Below, in pieces: positions 9,429 to 19,666 of a stretch of 64,000 bases of DNA. The DNA is taken from NCBI GenBank assembly GCA_043819555.1, contig JBDREQ010000063.1:64001-128000 (forward strand), given 5' to 3'. Positions within the stretch are counted from its first letter, which is position 1, and every line of letters begins with the position of its first letter. The translations under genes were made by a program, and so were the position numbers. Below the pieces are notes generated by a model. That model did no database searches and was not told the DNA's origin. It saw nothing but the letters and a program-made list of their open reading frames with translations. Source of the stretch: Candidatus Zixiibacteriota bacterium. GTDB taxonomy: Bacteria; Zixibacteria; MSB-5A5; GN15; JAAZOE01.

Positions 9429-10961
9429 TCATCCCGCCCAACCGGGCATGACCGATAAATCAATATCAAAAACATACAATCCCACAAGATATACACAGGC
9501 TGTGATCAAGACTATCCCGATCAAATTCATGTAGATCCCAACCCGCATCATATCAGCGATAGTCAACCGCCCGGTTCCAAAGACAATGGCGTTGGGGGGA
9601 GTCGCCACCGGCAGCATAAAGGCGCATGAAGCCGACAGCGCCGCCGGCATCATCAAAAGGAGCGGATTAATTCCGATGACAACCGCCAGCGCCCCAAGAA
9701 TTGGCATGAATATTTCGGTGGTGGCGGTATTTGATGTCAGCTCGGTCAAAAATGTTATCATGGCGCAAACGGCGATAACGATTATTAACGGCGACAGCAG
9801 TTTGAATCCGGTCAGCTGGCTTCCGATATATTCGGCCAGCCCGGATTGGGTCATTCCCGACGCCAGCGCGAACCCGCCCCCGAATAACAGGACTATTCCC
9901 CAGTTTAGTTTTTTGGCGGTGGCCCAGTTCATGAGCCGCCTTCGCCCCTCGGTTTTGCGATGGGTTGGAATTACGAACAGAAGCAGGCTTGTAACGACCG
10001 CAACGGTGCCGTCGTCTATGAATTCCGGCGCCGCAAAAAGGCTCGACCATCCCGGCAGGACAAAATCGCCGAAAGCGATGCTTTTTCTGAACAACCATAG
10101 AAACACCGTGAAGGCGAAAATTATCAGGACGATTTTTTCTTCATATTTAATCGGTCCCAGGCTGCGGTATTCTTCGCGGAAAACAGAGGAGTCAGTTTCG
10201 AGCTTTGATTTGGGCACAAATATTTTGACTATCAAAAGCCAGCCCAAAATCATAAATGCGACGGCGAAAGGCGCGGCGAACATCATCCACTGGGCAAAGC
10301 TGATTTCGGGCGCGTTGGGAAAGATAATTGTCAGGATGCGAATAAAAGCCAGATTCGGGGGCGTTCCGATGAGAGTCGCCGTACCGCCAATGGACGCGGC
10401 GTAGGCGATTGAGATCAAAAGCCCGACGGGGAATTTGCCTACGTTTTTTTCGCCATAGCTGTCGGTCATTTTGGTGATAATTGCCATCGCCATTGGAACC
10501 ATCATCATCGTCGAGGCTGTATTGGCGATCCACATTGACAAAAAGAAAGTCGCCGCCATAAAACCGAGAATTATCCGCTTCGGGCTCGCCCCAATAAACA
10601 ATATTATTTTCAAAGCGATACGTTTATGAAGCCCCCATCGCTCCATCGCCAGCGCGATAATCAAGCCCCCGATGAATAGAAATATGATGTGATTGAAGTA
10701 CTGTGAGGCCGTCGCTTTGCCTGACATGATTCCCAGAAGAGGAAACAGCGCCACCGGCAATAGAGCCGTAACCGATATCGGGATTGCCTCGAAGATCCAC
10801 CAGATAGCGATCCACGCCGCGGCCGCGGCACAGCGGGTTACATTGGGATTGGCCGGATCAAGATCGGTAAAATAAAAAATGAATATCGCCGCCAGCGGCC
10901 CAAGATACAGCCCGATTTGCCGCTTGCTTAAAAACGGGGTATGTTCAAACGAATCTGACAT
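9429..10961 (-). CDS. SLC13/DASS family sodium-dependent dicarboxylate transporter
   Basis: IGGTATLIGTPPN, LTSNTAT, AFMLPVATPPNAIVF motifs; many TM helices. Confidence 0.93.
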   Translation of the reverse strand: MSDSFEHTPFLSKRQIGLYLGPLAAIFIFYFTDLDPANPNVTRCAAAAAWIAIWWIFEAIPISVTALLPVALFPLLGIMSGKATASQYFNHIIFLFIGGLIIALAMERWGLHKRIALKIILFIGASPKRIILGFMAATFFLSMWIANTASTMMMVPMAMAIITKMTDSYGEKNVGKFPVGLLISIAYAASIGGTATLIGTPPNLAFIRILTIIFPNAPEISFAQWMMFAAPFAVAFMILGWLLIVKIFVPKSKLETDSSVFREEYRSLGPIKYEEKIVLIIFAFTVFLWLFRKSIAFGDFVLPGWSSLFAAPEFIDDGTVAVVTSLLLFVIPTHRKTEGRRRLMNWATAKKLNWGIVLLFGGGFALASGMTQSGLAEYIGSQLTGFKLLSPLIIVIAVCAMITFLTELTSNTATTEIFMPILGALAVVIGINPLLLMMPAALSASCAFMLPVATPPNAIVFGTGRLTIADMMRVGIYMNLIGIVLITACVYLVGLYVFDIDLSVMPGWAG

Positions 10962-11088
10962 ATAATGAATAATAATAGGATGCAAAGCATGCCAGTGTCA
11001 AGCATTGAAAATCTTACCATCTTGTTCTTGGAAAAATCGCCCGATGCCATTATCTTGAATGCGGGCATATTTAAAAAAGGGCTGCACA

Positions 11089-11940
11089 ATGAAAACCATA
11101 AAAACATCAATTGTGATTATCTGCTTGACAATTATCATCTCAATAATAATTCCCGCATGCCTGGGCAAAGTCACCGGACCAGATCGAAATTTCGTCTATC
11201 CCCTAAAAGTCGGCAATTACTGGGAATATGATTTTTCTTACGAGCATTTTGACTCGGAAACAGGAGAACCTTCCTTGCTAAGACCAAATATATATACGAC
11301 CTCTACAGCGGAAATCATCGGGATGGATACCCTGGGAGATACTCTGGAAACATTTGTATTCTATACCGAAGATGACACCGCCAATGCCAATAGCTTCAAT
11401 TCCGCAACCGTATATTTAAATAATAACCCGGATGGGTTTTATCAATACGCAAATAATGGTGTCAGTCTTATTGCTCCGGCCAAACCGTCCAAAACAAATC
11501 ACTGCTATACATATATAGGCATCTCTTTCAAGTCGGTCGACCAATTATTTGACTTCTTCTCACCCAAGCTTTATTCAAGCTCTTCCGATAATTTGAGACG
11601 CGGGTTGGCATATCCTTTCAAAATTGGCAATCAATGGACCGTGGTAACTCTTGGCGACGCAAATCCTTTCCAACGGATTGTCAAACGAATTACAAACTGG
11701 ACCAAAGTTAAAACCGAGGCTGGTGAGTTTGATTGTTTTAAGATTCAATGGCTCTGGGATTTTGATGGAGATGGTCTCTGGGATGATAATCTTGTCGGAT
11801 ATGATTATGTTTCAGAGCATGGGCTTATTGTCAGGGAATTAAGAATTAATGGTACGATAATAACAGATTATACCGGCCAGCCGATTGATACCTGCGACAT
11901 CGTCCAAAAATTTGAATTGAAAAAGCTGGATTTGAAATAA
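11089..11940 (+). CDS. Hypothetical lipoprotein
   Basis: Signal peptide ending IPAC; two YPLKVGN.W / YPFKIGNQW repeats; VKTEAGEFDC motif; no function recognised. Confidence 0.7.
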   Translation: MKTIKTSIVIICLTIIISIIIPACLGKVTGPDRNFVYPLKVGNYWEYDFSYEHFDSETGEPSLLRPNIYTTSTAEIIGMDTLGDTLETFVFYTEDDTANANSFNSATVYLNNNPDGFYQYANNGVSLIAPAKPSKTNHCYTYIGISFKSVDQLFDFFSPKLYSSSSDNLRRGLAYPFKIGNQWTVVTLGDANPFQRIVKRITNWTKVKTEAGEFDCFKIQWLWDFDGDGLWDDNLVGYDYVSEHGLIVRELRINGTIITDYTGQPIDTCDIVQKFELKKLDLK

Positions 11941-11956
11941 ATTTTGTTGGAAAAAC

Positions 11957-13012
11957 TTACGGCTTAATAATAACAGAATATTTTTCTTTTGGTAAAATAC
12001 TACCGATTATGGCAGCATCGATATTTCTTTTTATCAGATAATTAAGACAATCGTTCGCATTTTTCTCATCAATGCTTATCAAAAGTCCGCCCGAAGTCTG
12101 CGGGTCAAAAACTATATCGGATGCATAACTTTCCGGAGATGAATCAATTGATATTTTCCCCTCAAGATGGCTCTTATTGGCCGAGGCTCCACCGGTCAAA
12201 GCTCCCGCTTTAACATATTCAATTGTCCCCGGCAACAATTTTAATTTATTAAAATCAATTTCAATTGAAACTCCCGAACCGTTCGCCATTTCATAAGTAT
12301 GTCCCGCCAGACCAAACCCGGTTATATCGGTGGCGGCATGGCCGCCGAATTCAATCATCGCCTCAGATGCAATCTTATTTAACGCGATCATCGATTGGCA
12401 TAAATAATCAATATGTTCTTTTTGGGCTTTATTTTGTTTTACTGCCGTCGCTACGATTCCTGTTCCCAGCGGCTTGGTCAATATCAAAACATCACCCGCC
12501 CGGGCACCCTTGTTTGTGAAAATCTTATCGGGATGGATAATTCCGGTTACGGCCAGACCGTATTTAAGCTCTTTATCTTTTATGGAGTGGCCGCCGGCGA
12601 TAACGGCTCCGGCCTCGGCGATTTTATCGGCCCCGCCCCGCAGAATATCTCCGACAATATCGGGAGGCATATCAGCCGGAACAGTCAGGATATTTAAAGC
12701 CGCCAGAGGTTTTCCACCCATAGCGTAAACATCCGAAAGAGCGTTGGCCGCCGCCACTTGCCCGAATAGATACGGATCATCAACAATCGGAGGGAAAAAA
12801 TCAATCGTCAGGACCAAAGCTAGTTCATCATTGATCTTATAAACTCCGGCATCATCGACGCCGTCGAAACCGACCAGAAGATTTTCCGATTGCGGAGGCG
12901 TAAATCTCTTAAGTATCTCACCCAGCGCCGCCGGGCCGATTTTGGAAGCTCAACCGGCACCCGAAACCTGGGCGGTCAGTTTTATTTCTCGATCTTCTCT
13001 TAGGTCATCCAT
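11957..13012 (-). CDS. selD: Selenide, water dikinase (selenophosphate synthetase), selenocysteine-containing
   Basis: Frame extends upstream of the tracked ORF through TGA at 12950-12952: [27 protein letters not shown]...DDAGVY...[42 protein letters not shown]. Confidence 0.95.
12920..12936 (-). promoter_or_regulatory. Candidate SECIS element of selD
   Basis: GCCCGGC-GGC-GCUGGGU hairpin starting 13 nt after the UGA. Confidence 0.55.
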
Positions 13013-13316
13013 ATTAACTGCTTTCAAAAAAGAATCTACCATGAAAATTAGCCAATTTCAAGAATATTCTTATTGGGCATCTCCCAACATCATGAAAAAT
13101 GGAAACTTGAGTTTGACAAATAGGAATTAATTGATTAAATTAATATAGCCTAACTGATTGGCGGACAGCAAAATTTAAAGAATTTTCAATAAAATGGCAA
13201 TTTTCGACGGGAATTTGAGAGTATATATTATAGGGGTAGTGCAGAAATTAGCAGGAGACAATAACTCGAACCATTTATAATTGAGTGTATAGTTTAAATT
13301 ATTAAAAGGATTTAAG

Positions 13317-13342
13317 GGAACCTTTGGCGTCGGCATGCTGTT
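13317..13342 (+). promoter_or_regulatory. Candidate ECF (SigR/SigH-like) autoregulatory promoter
   Basis: GGAAC-N18-GTT upstream of the ECF sigma gene. Confidence 0.5.
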
Positions 13343-13389
13343 TTTTAATATCAGACGGTCGGCCGAAGGAAACTTTTTGTGGGTGCGAT

Positions 13390-13971
13390 ATGGCTGACCA
13401 AAAGCAAAAAGAACTGAGAAAACGATTTGAACAGGAGGCGATGGTTCATACCGATGCGTTAATGCGTACAGCTCGCCGAATGACCAACAATGAGAATGAC
13501 GCCCAGGACCTGGTTCAGGAAGCCATGCTTAAAGCTTATCGCTTTTTTGATAAGTTTGAACCCGGAACCAACTGTAAAGCCTGGCTCTTTAAGATAATGA
13601 CTAACATATTTATCAACAACTACCGTTCACGCGCCAAAGCTCCCCAATCAATGGCTTTTGACGAAGTCGATGACAGTTTCCTGTTTGGCCAACTGGCCAA
13701 ATTCAAAGGCGGAGACGATCCCGAGAAAGTATTTTTCTCCAAAATATTCGACGATGACGTTAAAATTGCCATCAGCGAGTTGCCGGAAGATTTTCGAATC
13801 GTGGTCGTCTTATCATTTTTGGAGGGATTTGCTTATCAGGAGATCGCTGATATTACCGGATTGCAGATCGGTACCGTGAAATCAAGATTGCATCGCGGCC
13901 GAAAATTACTGCAAAAATCTCTCCTGGATTATGCTGTCAAGAACGGTTTCATCAAGGAGCCCCACAATTGA
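13390..13971 (+). CDS. ECF RNA polymerase sigma factor (SigH/SigR-like)
   Basis: DAQDLVQE, FEPGTNCKAWLFKIMTN, YQEIADI..GTVKSRLHRGR; ATG start at 13390. Confidence 0.93.
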   Translation: MADQKQKELRKRFEQEAMVHTDALMRTARRMTNNENDAQDLVQEAMLKAYRFFDKFEPGTNCKAWLFKIMTNIFINNYRSRAKAPQSMAFDEVDDSFLFGQLAKFKGGDDPEKVFFSKIFDDDVKIAISELPEDFRIVVVLSFLEGFAYQEIADITGLQIGTVKSRLHRGRKLLQKSLLDYAVKNGFIKEPHN

Positions 13972-14786
13972 ATTGCAAAGAAATCTTGAGCCATCTTTAT
14001 GAAATAATCGATAAAGAAGCCAACGAAATTGATTCCCGTAAAGTTGAGGAGCATCTAAAGCTGTGCCGTCATTGCATGGCCCACTATGAATTCGAGCGGA
14101 CTTTCAAAGCCTTTGTAGTCGAAAAAGGTCGCAATGTCACAGACACCGACTCCATAAAGCAATCAATTCTAAATCAACTCGACGCCATTGATGCCGCTGG
14201 GGAGGTCGGCAATAAACACCCTTTTAGATGGCAGGCGGTTAGTTTGGCCGCTGTCGTGGCCCTGATTATTTGCGTTATCGCCGCTTATACGCTGTCCGAT
14301 TTTCAGAATAATCTTACCTCACATGAAAATACAAATGAAGCTATTTTGGCTGATAGTTATGACGACAGTATGAGCCATTTTATCAGCGCTTTTTCCAATC
14401 ACTTATCTCAGAATACCCAGCCGGTCAGCCATGCTTCTCCCCTGGATTATTTATATGACCTTACGGGCATAAAACTTGATCCAATCCCCGAATTTTCGCA
14501 AGAAAATATCCTGTCGGTTTCGGTCGATACGATCATGAGTGTTCCCTTCGGCTGCCTGGAAATGCTAAATCAGGATAATAATCTGGTGACGATTTTTATT
14601 GCCGCCATAGATAATTATACTCTTCCCGAAAATCCTCGCGGTATTATTGACGGCCACAAGTATGTATTGCATCGCTGCGAGAAATGCACCATTGTTGGCA
14701 CTCAAAAGAAAGACTTAATCTTTATGGTCGTTTCAAGTTCGACCTGCCAGCCTCAAGAATTAGTCGACATGACCAAATTCTTTTAA
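13968..14786 (+). CDS. Zinc-binding anti-sigma factor (zf-HC2) with TM helix and extracytoplasmic domain
   Basis: HLKLCRHC (HxxxCxxC), one TM segment, overlaps the sigma stop codon. Confidence 0.87.
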   Translation: MNCKEILSHLYEIIDKEANEIDSRKVEEHLKLCRHCMAHYEFERTFKAFVVEKGRNVTDTDSIKQSILNQLDAIDAAGEVGNKHPFRWQAVSLAAVVALIICVIAAYTLSDFQNNLTSHENTNEAILADSYDDSMSHFISAFSNHLSQNTQPVSHASPLDYLYDLTGIKLDPIPEFSQENILSVSVDTIMSVPFGCLEMLNQDNNLVTIFIAAIDNYTLPENPRGIIDGHKYVLHRCEKCTIVGTQKKDLIFMVVSSSTCQPQELVDMTKFF

Positions 14787-14841
14787 TCGCGTATATTATA
14801 ATTCTAATTGCGGCATCCCCCGGGATGACTTATACATCATT

Positions 14842-15867
14842 ATGATTCAGCCGCGAATGATATTATTTTGCGGTCTTGCTTTGTATTTGGCAGGATCCCA
14901 TCAAATTTCGGCCCGGCATATTCCCGATGATATAAAAATCTGTCTTAATCAGATTACCGCCTGCATTTATAATGATCAATTTCTGCAGGCCGAAGCCCTG
15001 ATTGATTCATTGAGCCGCGATGGAAACGCGCGCCCGTTTAATTTTCTGTTTCGTTCGATTTTATATCAATCACAAATGATGGCCGCCGAATCAAATCACC
15101 TTGAAACTCAGTTTTTTGATTGTCTCGACAGCGTTGAAGCCTCCAGTCAAAGAATGCTTGAATCCGGTCAGGATTCGGCCCTGGCTTATTATTTTTCCGG
15201 CCACAGCCACGCCTTTCGATCTCTGTATCAGGGCCGAGCGGGGCACACCTGGTCGGCCATCAAAAAGGCGTTAGGCGCACGGAAGGCGTACGATAAAGGA
15301 TATAAAGCCGATTCGACATTCCATGATATTGCCCTGGGACTGGGTTCCTATAAATACTGGAAAACGGTCAAAACCAAAGCTCTGAATTGGACCCCTCTTT
15401 TCAAAAGCGAAAAAAGACGGGGGATAGAATTATTGCGATTGGCGGCCGATTCTTCGGATATCTCGAGGGATGCTTCCCGGGCGGCATTGATCTGGGTTTA
15501 TATCAATGAAAAACAGTACGGACAGGCTATCAGTCTGGCCGGTGAAATGCTCAAGAAATATCCCCACGGTTTGACTTTTCTGTGGCCGCTGGGCGAAGCC
15601 TATTTCAAGCTGGGCGATTACAGTCAGGCGATTGAAATTTACTCAGAAATAAAGAGCAAATTATCAACGAACCCCGGCAATTATTTCAATATTATTGAAG
15701 CCTCTTTTTATTTATTTCAATGTTACGATTCCCAAAGAACGGATCCGGAAAAATCGCACGCGGAAATCTGCCTTCTTGCCAAAGAGATACAAAACCTGCC
15801 AATTCCCGAGGAAACTCAAGAGCGGCAGATGGAAAAAATAAAAAAAATTACAAGCGCCGATAAATAA
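14842..15867 (+). CDS. Exported tetratricopeptide repeat protein
   Basis: Signal-like N-terminus, TPR-like helices such as LGEAYFKLGDYSQAIEIY. Confidence 0.75.
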   Translation: MIQPRMILFCGLALYLAGSHQISARHIPDDIKICLNQITACIYNDQFLQAEALIDSLSRDGNARPFNFLFRSILYQSQMMAAESNHLETQFFDCLDSVEASSQRMLESGQDSALAYYFSGHSHAFRSLYQGRAGHTWSAIKKALGARKAYDKGYKADSTFHDIALGLGSYKYWKTVKTKALNWTPLFKSEKRRGIELLRLAADSSDISRDASRAALIWVYINEKQYGQAISLAGEMLKKYPHGLTFLWPLGEAYFKLGDYSQAIEIYSEIKSKLSTNPGNYFNIIEASFYLFQCYDSQRTDPEKSHAEICLLAKEIQNLPIPEETQERQMEKIKKITSADK

Positions 15868-15966
15868 CCAAGATGAAATAACGCACTTAATCAATTCACG
15901 GGTAAATTTCCCCGCCAATCAACCGAAATCATTAAATAGGGTAGAGTTATATAATACGTACTGCAT

Positions 15967-16857
15967 ATGGAAAGGACAGCAATTCGTCTTATGGAAAATT
16001 CCATTGAATCCAGCCGGGCGCTGGATAAAATAGTTTCTTCAATTGGCCAATTACCGGCGACTCCGGTTATTATATCGTCTCTGATGGGATTAACCGCGGA
16101 TGTTAATACCGATATAGAGAAAATCACCCAGGCTCTGATGCTGGATCAATCACTAACCGCCCAAGTACTAAAACTATCAAATTCCTCATTTTATGGCCGT
16201 CCCAAGGAAATACTAACGTTAAAAGAGGCTGTCATCCTGCTCGGTTTCAAGACCCTGCGATCTCTCGTCGTGGCCGCGTCAACGCATGGACTCTACACCA
16301 GCCCCGGCGGAGAAAACCATAATAAGCTCTGGGAGCATGCCCTGGCGACTGCTATAGCTTCGCGCCTGATCGCCAAAGTAGTCCATCACCCGCAAGTTGA
16401 AGAGGCATTTATAGCGGGATTATTGCACGATATCGGCAAACTCGTTTTACTTCAAAAAAAGCCGAATGAATATAAAGAAGTGATTTTGACCGTTGAAAAG
16501 ACCGGCGGAAAGTTTATTGAGACAGAGGATGAAAAATTCGGCTTTAATCATACCGACGCCGGCCTTTTAATCCTTCACAAATGGTCGTTTCCGGCGGAAC
16601 TAATCAACGCCGTTTATGAACATCATAATCCAATCGATTTGGATCAGGACTCGATTCCAATATCTTACATTGTCAATCTGGGTAATATTTTCGCCAAAAA
16701 ACTCCCCGTTGGTTTTAACGATTACCGTCCCAAAGATATAACACAGGTTCCCTCAATCGCTCATTTGGGTCTGAATATGGAACAGCTTGAAGCGATGGAA
16801 AGCCTGATGGCGGGACAATTCAATTATGAACGCAGCGTTCTGGCCAGCCAATACTAA
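15967..16857 (+). CDS. HDOD domain protein
   Basis: LPATP, DQSLTAQVLKLSNS, LWEHALATA, AGLLHDIGKLVL. Confidence 0.93.
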   Translation: MERTAIRLMENSIESSRALDKIVSSIGQLPATPVIISSLMGLTADVNTDIEKITQALMLDQSLTAQVLKLSNSSFYGRPKEILTLKEAVILLGFKTLRSLVVAASTHGLYTSPGGENHNKLWEHALATAIASRLIAKVVHHPQVEEAFIAGLLHDIGKLVLLQKKPNEYKEVILTVEKTGGKFIETEDEKFGFNHTDAGLLILHKWSFPAELINAVYEHHNPIDLDQDSIPISYIVNLGNIFAKKLPVGFNDYRPKDITQVPSIAHLGLNMEQLEAMESLMAGQFNYERSVLASQY

Positions 16858-16940
16858 TATCGGTATATCCCTTCATATTTAAATTCGGCTTGTTTTATAT
16901 TCGTTTTTTCTGTATAATTTAGTATAAACATCGGATAAAT

Positions 16941-17017
16941 TCCGTTGGGGGTGGCAATAATTGCCTGAGACTATACCCCCGAACCTGATCCGGGTAATGC
17001 CGGCGGAGGAAAACGGT
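16941..17017 (+). ncRNA. TPP riboswitch
   Basis: GGGGTG...CTGAGA...ACCC..GAACCTGATCCGGGTAATGCCGGCGGAGG matches the TPP aptamer consensus; upstream of a TonB receptor. Confidence 0.93.
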
Positions 17018-17215
17018 ATGGTAATCTGCATTGCGGTGTATCACCCGCCCTAATTCCTTTTAACCGGGCATTACAAAAAAATTAGCGTCGCCTGCCGTGT
17101 GATTTTTGTTTGCAATACCTGCACGGGGTACAGAGCACGGTATCGCGGGCATCAAACAGTCTAAGCGGCAAGCGGCACTGGATAATTTCATTTCTTGAAG
17201 AGGGAGGGAAAAAGT

Positions 17216-19660
17216 ATGGAACGGCTTTTTTTCTTCACGATTTTATTGACGGCTTGGTTTAGTTGCTCCGTTTATGGCGATAACATTCGGATAAACGGAC
17301 ATGTAATAGATGAAAATAATTTACCGATTGCGCGGGTAAACGTAAAATCTGGAAATATCGCACAAAACATTCAGACCGATGAAAACGGAAGCTTTTCGGT
17401 AATTGTCATTTCTTCTAGGCCAACGCGTTTAAATTTCTCGCATGCCGGTTATGTCCCGACATCTATTGATATCGAATCCGGAGAAAATAATATCGCTGTT
17501 ACTATGATTACCCAGATTCACCCGATGGATGGGATTACCGTGACCGCTGGCCGAGCCGTCATGGGTCAATCACCGGTATCTTTTCAAAATATTGACCGTG
17601 AGACAATCGACCGCGATATGGATATCGGTGAAATGCCCGAACTTCTCGATCTGACCCCCAACCTATATAGTTATTCCGATGCCGGAGGGGGGCTTGGTTA
17701 CAGCTACCTCAGTATCCGGGGATTCAATGCCCGCCGGGCTCCGGTTTATATCAACGGCATACCTCTCAACGATCCCGAAGACCATGCTCTTTATTTCATT
17801 GACCTGCCCGATTTCGCTTCCCATCTCGACAACGTCCAGGTCCAGCGAGGCGTCGGCAATTCTCTGTATGGCGATCCTTCGTTCGGAGGCTCGATCAATC
17901 TCCTGACCAGCGTTTTAACGCACGATCGGCAGGCCGTCATCACAGCCGGCTATGGCGGTTTCTGGCAGGACGGAAAAAATATTGGCTTGATGCGCAAGCA
18001 ATCAGTCTTTTATTCCAGTGGACTTTTGGATAATGGCTGGTCGTTATCAGGTCGATGGGTCAAACAATATTCCGACGGTTATCGCGAAAATTCATGGTAT
18101 GACGGCTCCGCCTTTTATCTGTCCCTCGGCCGCATTGATCCCGGGATGATAACAACGGTCAATATTTACGGCGGCCCGATAAAAACACACGCCGCCTGGG
18201 ATGGCATCGACCGACTTACCCTATCAATAAATCGTCGAGCCAATGAGTATACATATAGCAATGAAATCGATGATTTCAATCAACCGCACTTTGAGCTTCA
18301 CAATATCTATAACATCTCCGAAACAACGACGCTAAATAATACAATCTATCATATTCGCGGCAAAGGATTCTATGAGCAATTGAAAAGAGGCGAAGATTTA
18401 TTCGAATACAATTTGTCGGAAAACAGCGGAGGCTTGACAAGCGATTTGGTCCGTCGCAAATGGGTTGAGAAATATCAGACGGGCCTGAACAGTTATATTG
18501 ATTATGATGACGGGAAAAAACAGATTGTTCTCGGAGGATCGTATTACTTTTTTGAATCTGAGCACTGGGGCGAAGTTCTCTGGGCCGAAGAATTATCCCC
18601 CTCGAATCTCAACGAACAGTCACCGTTCAAATACTATGAATATTTTGGCAAATATCACAACATGTCAGCCTACGCGTCTTTGAATTATGCCTTTAATGAT
18701 CGCCTCAATCTATCCGGCAATCTTCAGGCTCGTTATCTTTATAAAAATATACACATTACTCCCCAGGGAATTTTTGATCCGACGATGTACATTCTTGACT
18801 GGTTGTTTCTATCTCCGCGCGTAGGAATTAATTATTCCCTCAATGAAAAATTGTCATCCTATTTCAGCTTCTCCATCGCTTCGCATGAACCAAATGACGA
18901 TATGATCGATGATGCCGACGACCCCTTTGATATTCCGCGGTTGAAAATCATAGATGATACTGCAACTCCAGTAGTGTATGGCGATGCCACCGTTGGTTCT
19001 GAACGAATCTATGATTTTGAATTAGGCGTCAATCACCGCGCTTCAAGATTGTCATTGGATGGCAATCTGTTCTGGATGGAGTACCGCAATGCTCTCGTCC
19101 CTGATGGGGGATTAACCGATGACGGACTTCCTACCTATGGCAACGCCGAACGATCACTGCATCGAGGATTGGAATTAGCCGGGGTGTATAAAATTCAAAA
19201 CAGCCTGCGAATCGAAGGCAATATCGCTCTCAATGATTTCTGGATTAAAGAATACAGCCAGCATAACTGGGATGGCACGACCACCCGGCATCGCAACGTG
19301 GCCACACCCAATTTCCCCAAATATATCACTAACCTGACTTTCGATTATTCAATCAGCGCTTTCGAATTCGTTTATCGCGTCCGAGCCGTAGGCCGCCAGT
19401 TTATTTCACTCGATGGCCGTCATACCGATGTCAAAAACGAATCGGTTGATATATCGATTGCCCCCTTTACCATCTCATCCTTGAAGGCTGTCATAAATCT
19501 GGGAAGTTTGTTAAATGGAACCAATTTTCAATTGGAAAGCCGAATTAATAATCTCTTCAATGAAAAATATGAAACTTTTGGGTATCGCTGGGAGAATTAT
19601 TTCGCCTACTGGCCGGCCGCCGAGAGAAACTGGTTCGTAAATTTGAAAATGACGATATAA
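17216..19660 (+). CDS. TonB-dependent receptor, probable thiamine or precursor uptake
   Basis: Signal peptide, plug motifs (LSIRGF, YINGIPLNDPE, QVQRGVG), C-terminal NNLFNEKY...RNWF; under the TPP riboswitch. Confidence 0.9.
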   Translation: MERLFFFTILLTAWFSCSVYGDNIRINGHVIDENNLPIARVNVKSGNIAQNIQTDENGSFSVIVISSRPTRLNFSHAGYVPTSIDIESGENNIAVTMITQIHPMDGITVTAGRAVMGQSPVSFQNIDRETIDRDMDIGEMPELLDLTPNLYSYSDAGGGLGYSYLSIRGFNARRAPVYINGIPLNDPEDHALYFIDLPDFASHLDNVQVQRGVGNSLYGDPSFGGSINLLTSVLTHDRQAVITAGYGGFWQDGKNIGLMRKQSVFYSSGLLDNGWSLSGRWVKQYSDGYRENSWYDGSAFYLSLGRIDPGMITTVNIYGGPIKTHAAWDGIDRLTLSINRRANEYTYSNEIDDFNQPHFELHNIYNISETTTLNNTIYHIRGKGFYEQLKRGEDLFEYNLSENSGGLTSDLVRRKWVEKYQTGLNSYIDYDDGKKQIVLGGSYYFFESEHWGEVLWAEELSPSNLNEQSPFKYYEYFGKYHNMSAYASLNYAFNDRLNLSGNLQARYLYKNIHITPQGIFDPTMYILDWLFLSPRVGINYSLNEKLSSYFSFSIASHEPNDDMIDDADDPFDIPRLKIIDDTATPVVYGDATVGSERIYDFELGVNHRASRLSLDGNLFWMEYRNALVPDGGLTDDGLPTYGNAERSLHRGLELAGVYKIQNSLRIEGNIALNDFWIKEYSQHNWDGTTTRHRNVATPNFPKYITNLTFDYSISAFEFVYRVRAVGRQFISLDGRHTDVKNESVDISIAPFTISSLKAVINLGSLLNGTNFQLESRINNLFNEKYETFGYRWENYFAYWPAAERNWFVNLKMTI

Positions 19661-19666
19661 TATCTC

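Noticed and set aside
9586..10404. 272-aa ORF antisense to the DASS transporter
   Set aside because: No recognisable motifs; typical open antisense frame of a hydrophobic gene
12950..12952. selD as a nonsense-truncated pseudogene, and the 12942-13130 plus-strand ORF
   Set aside because: The TGA is at the catalytic Sec position with a hairpin downstream; the plus-strand ORF is its antisense shadow
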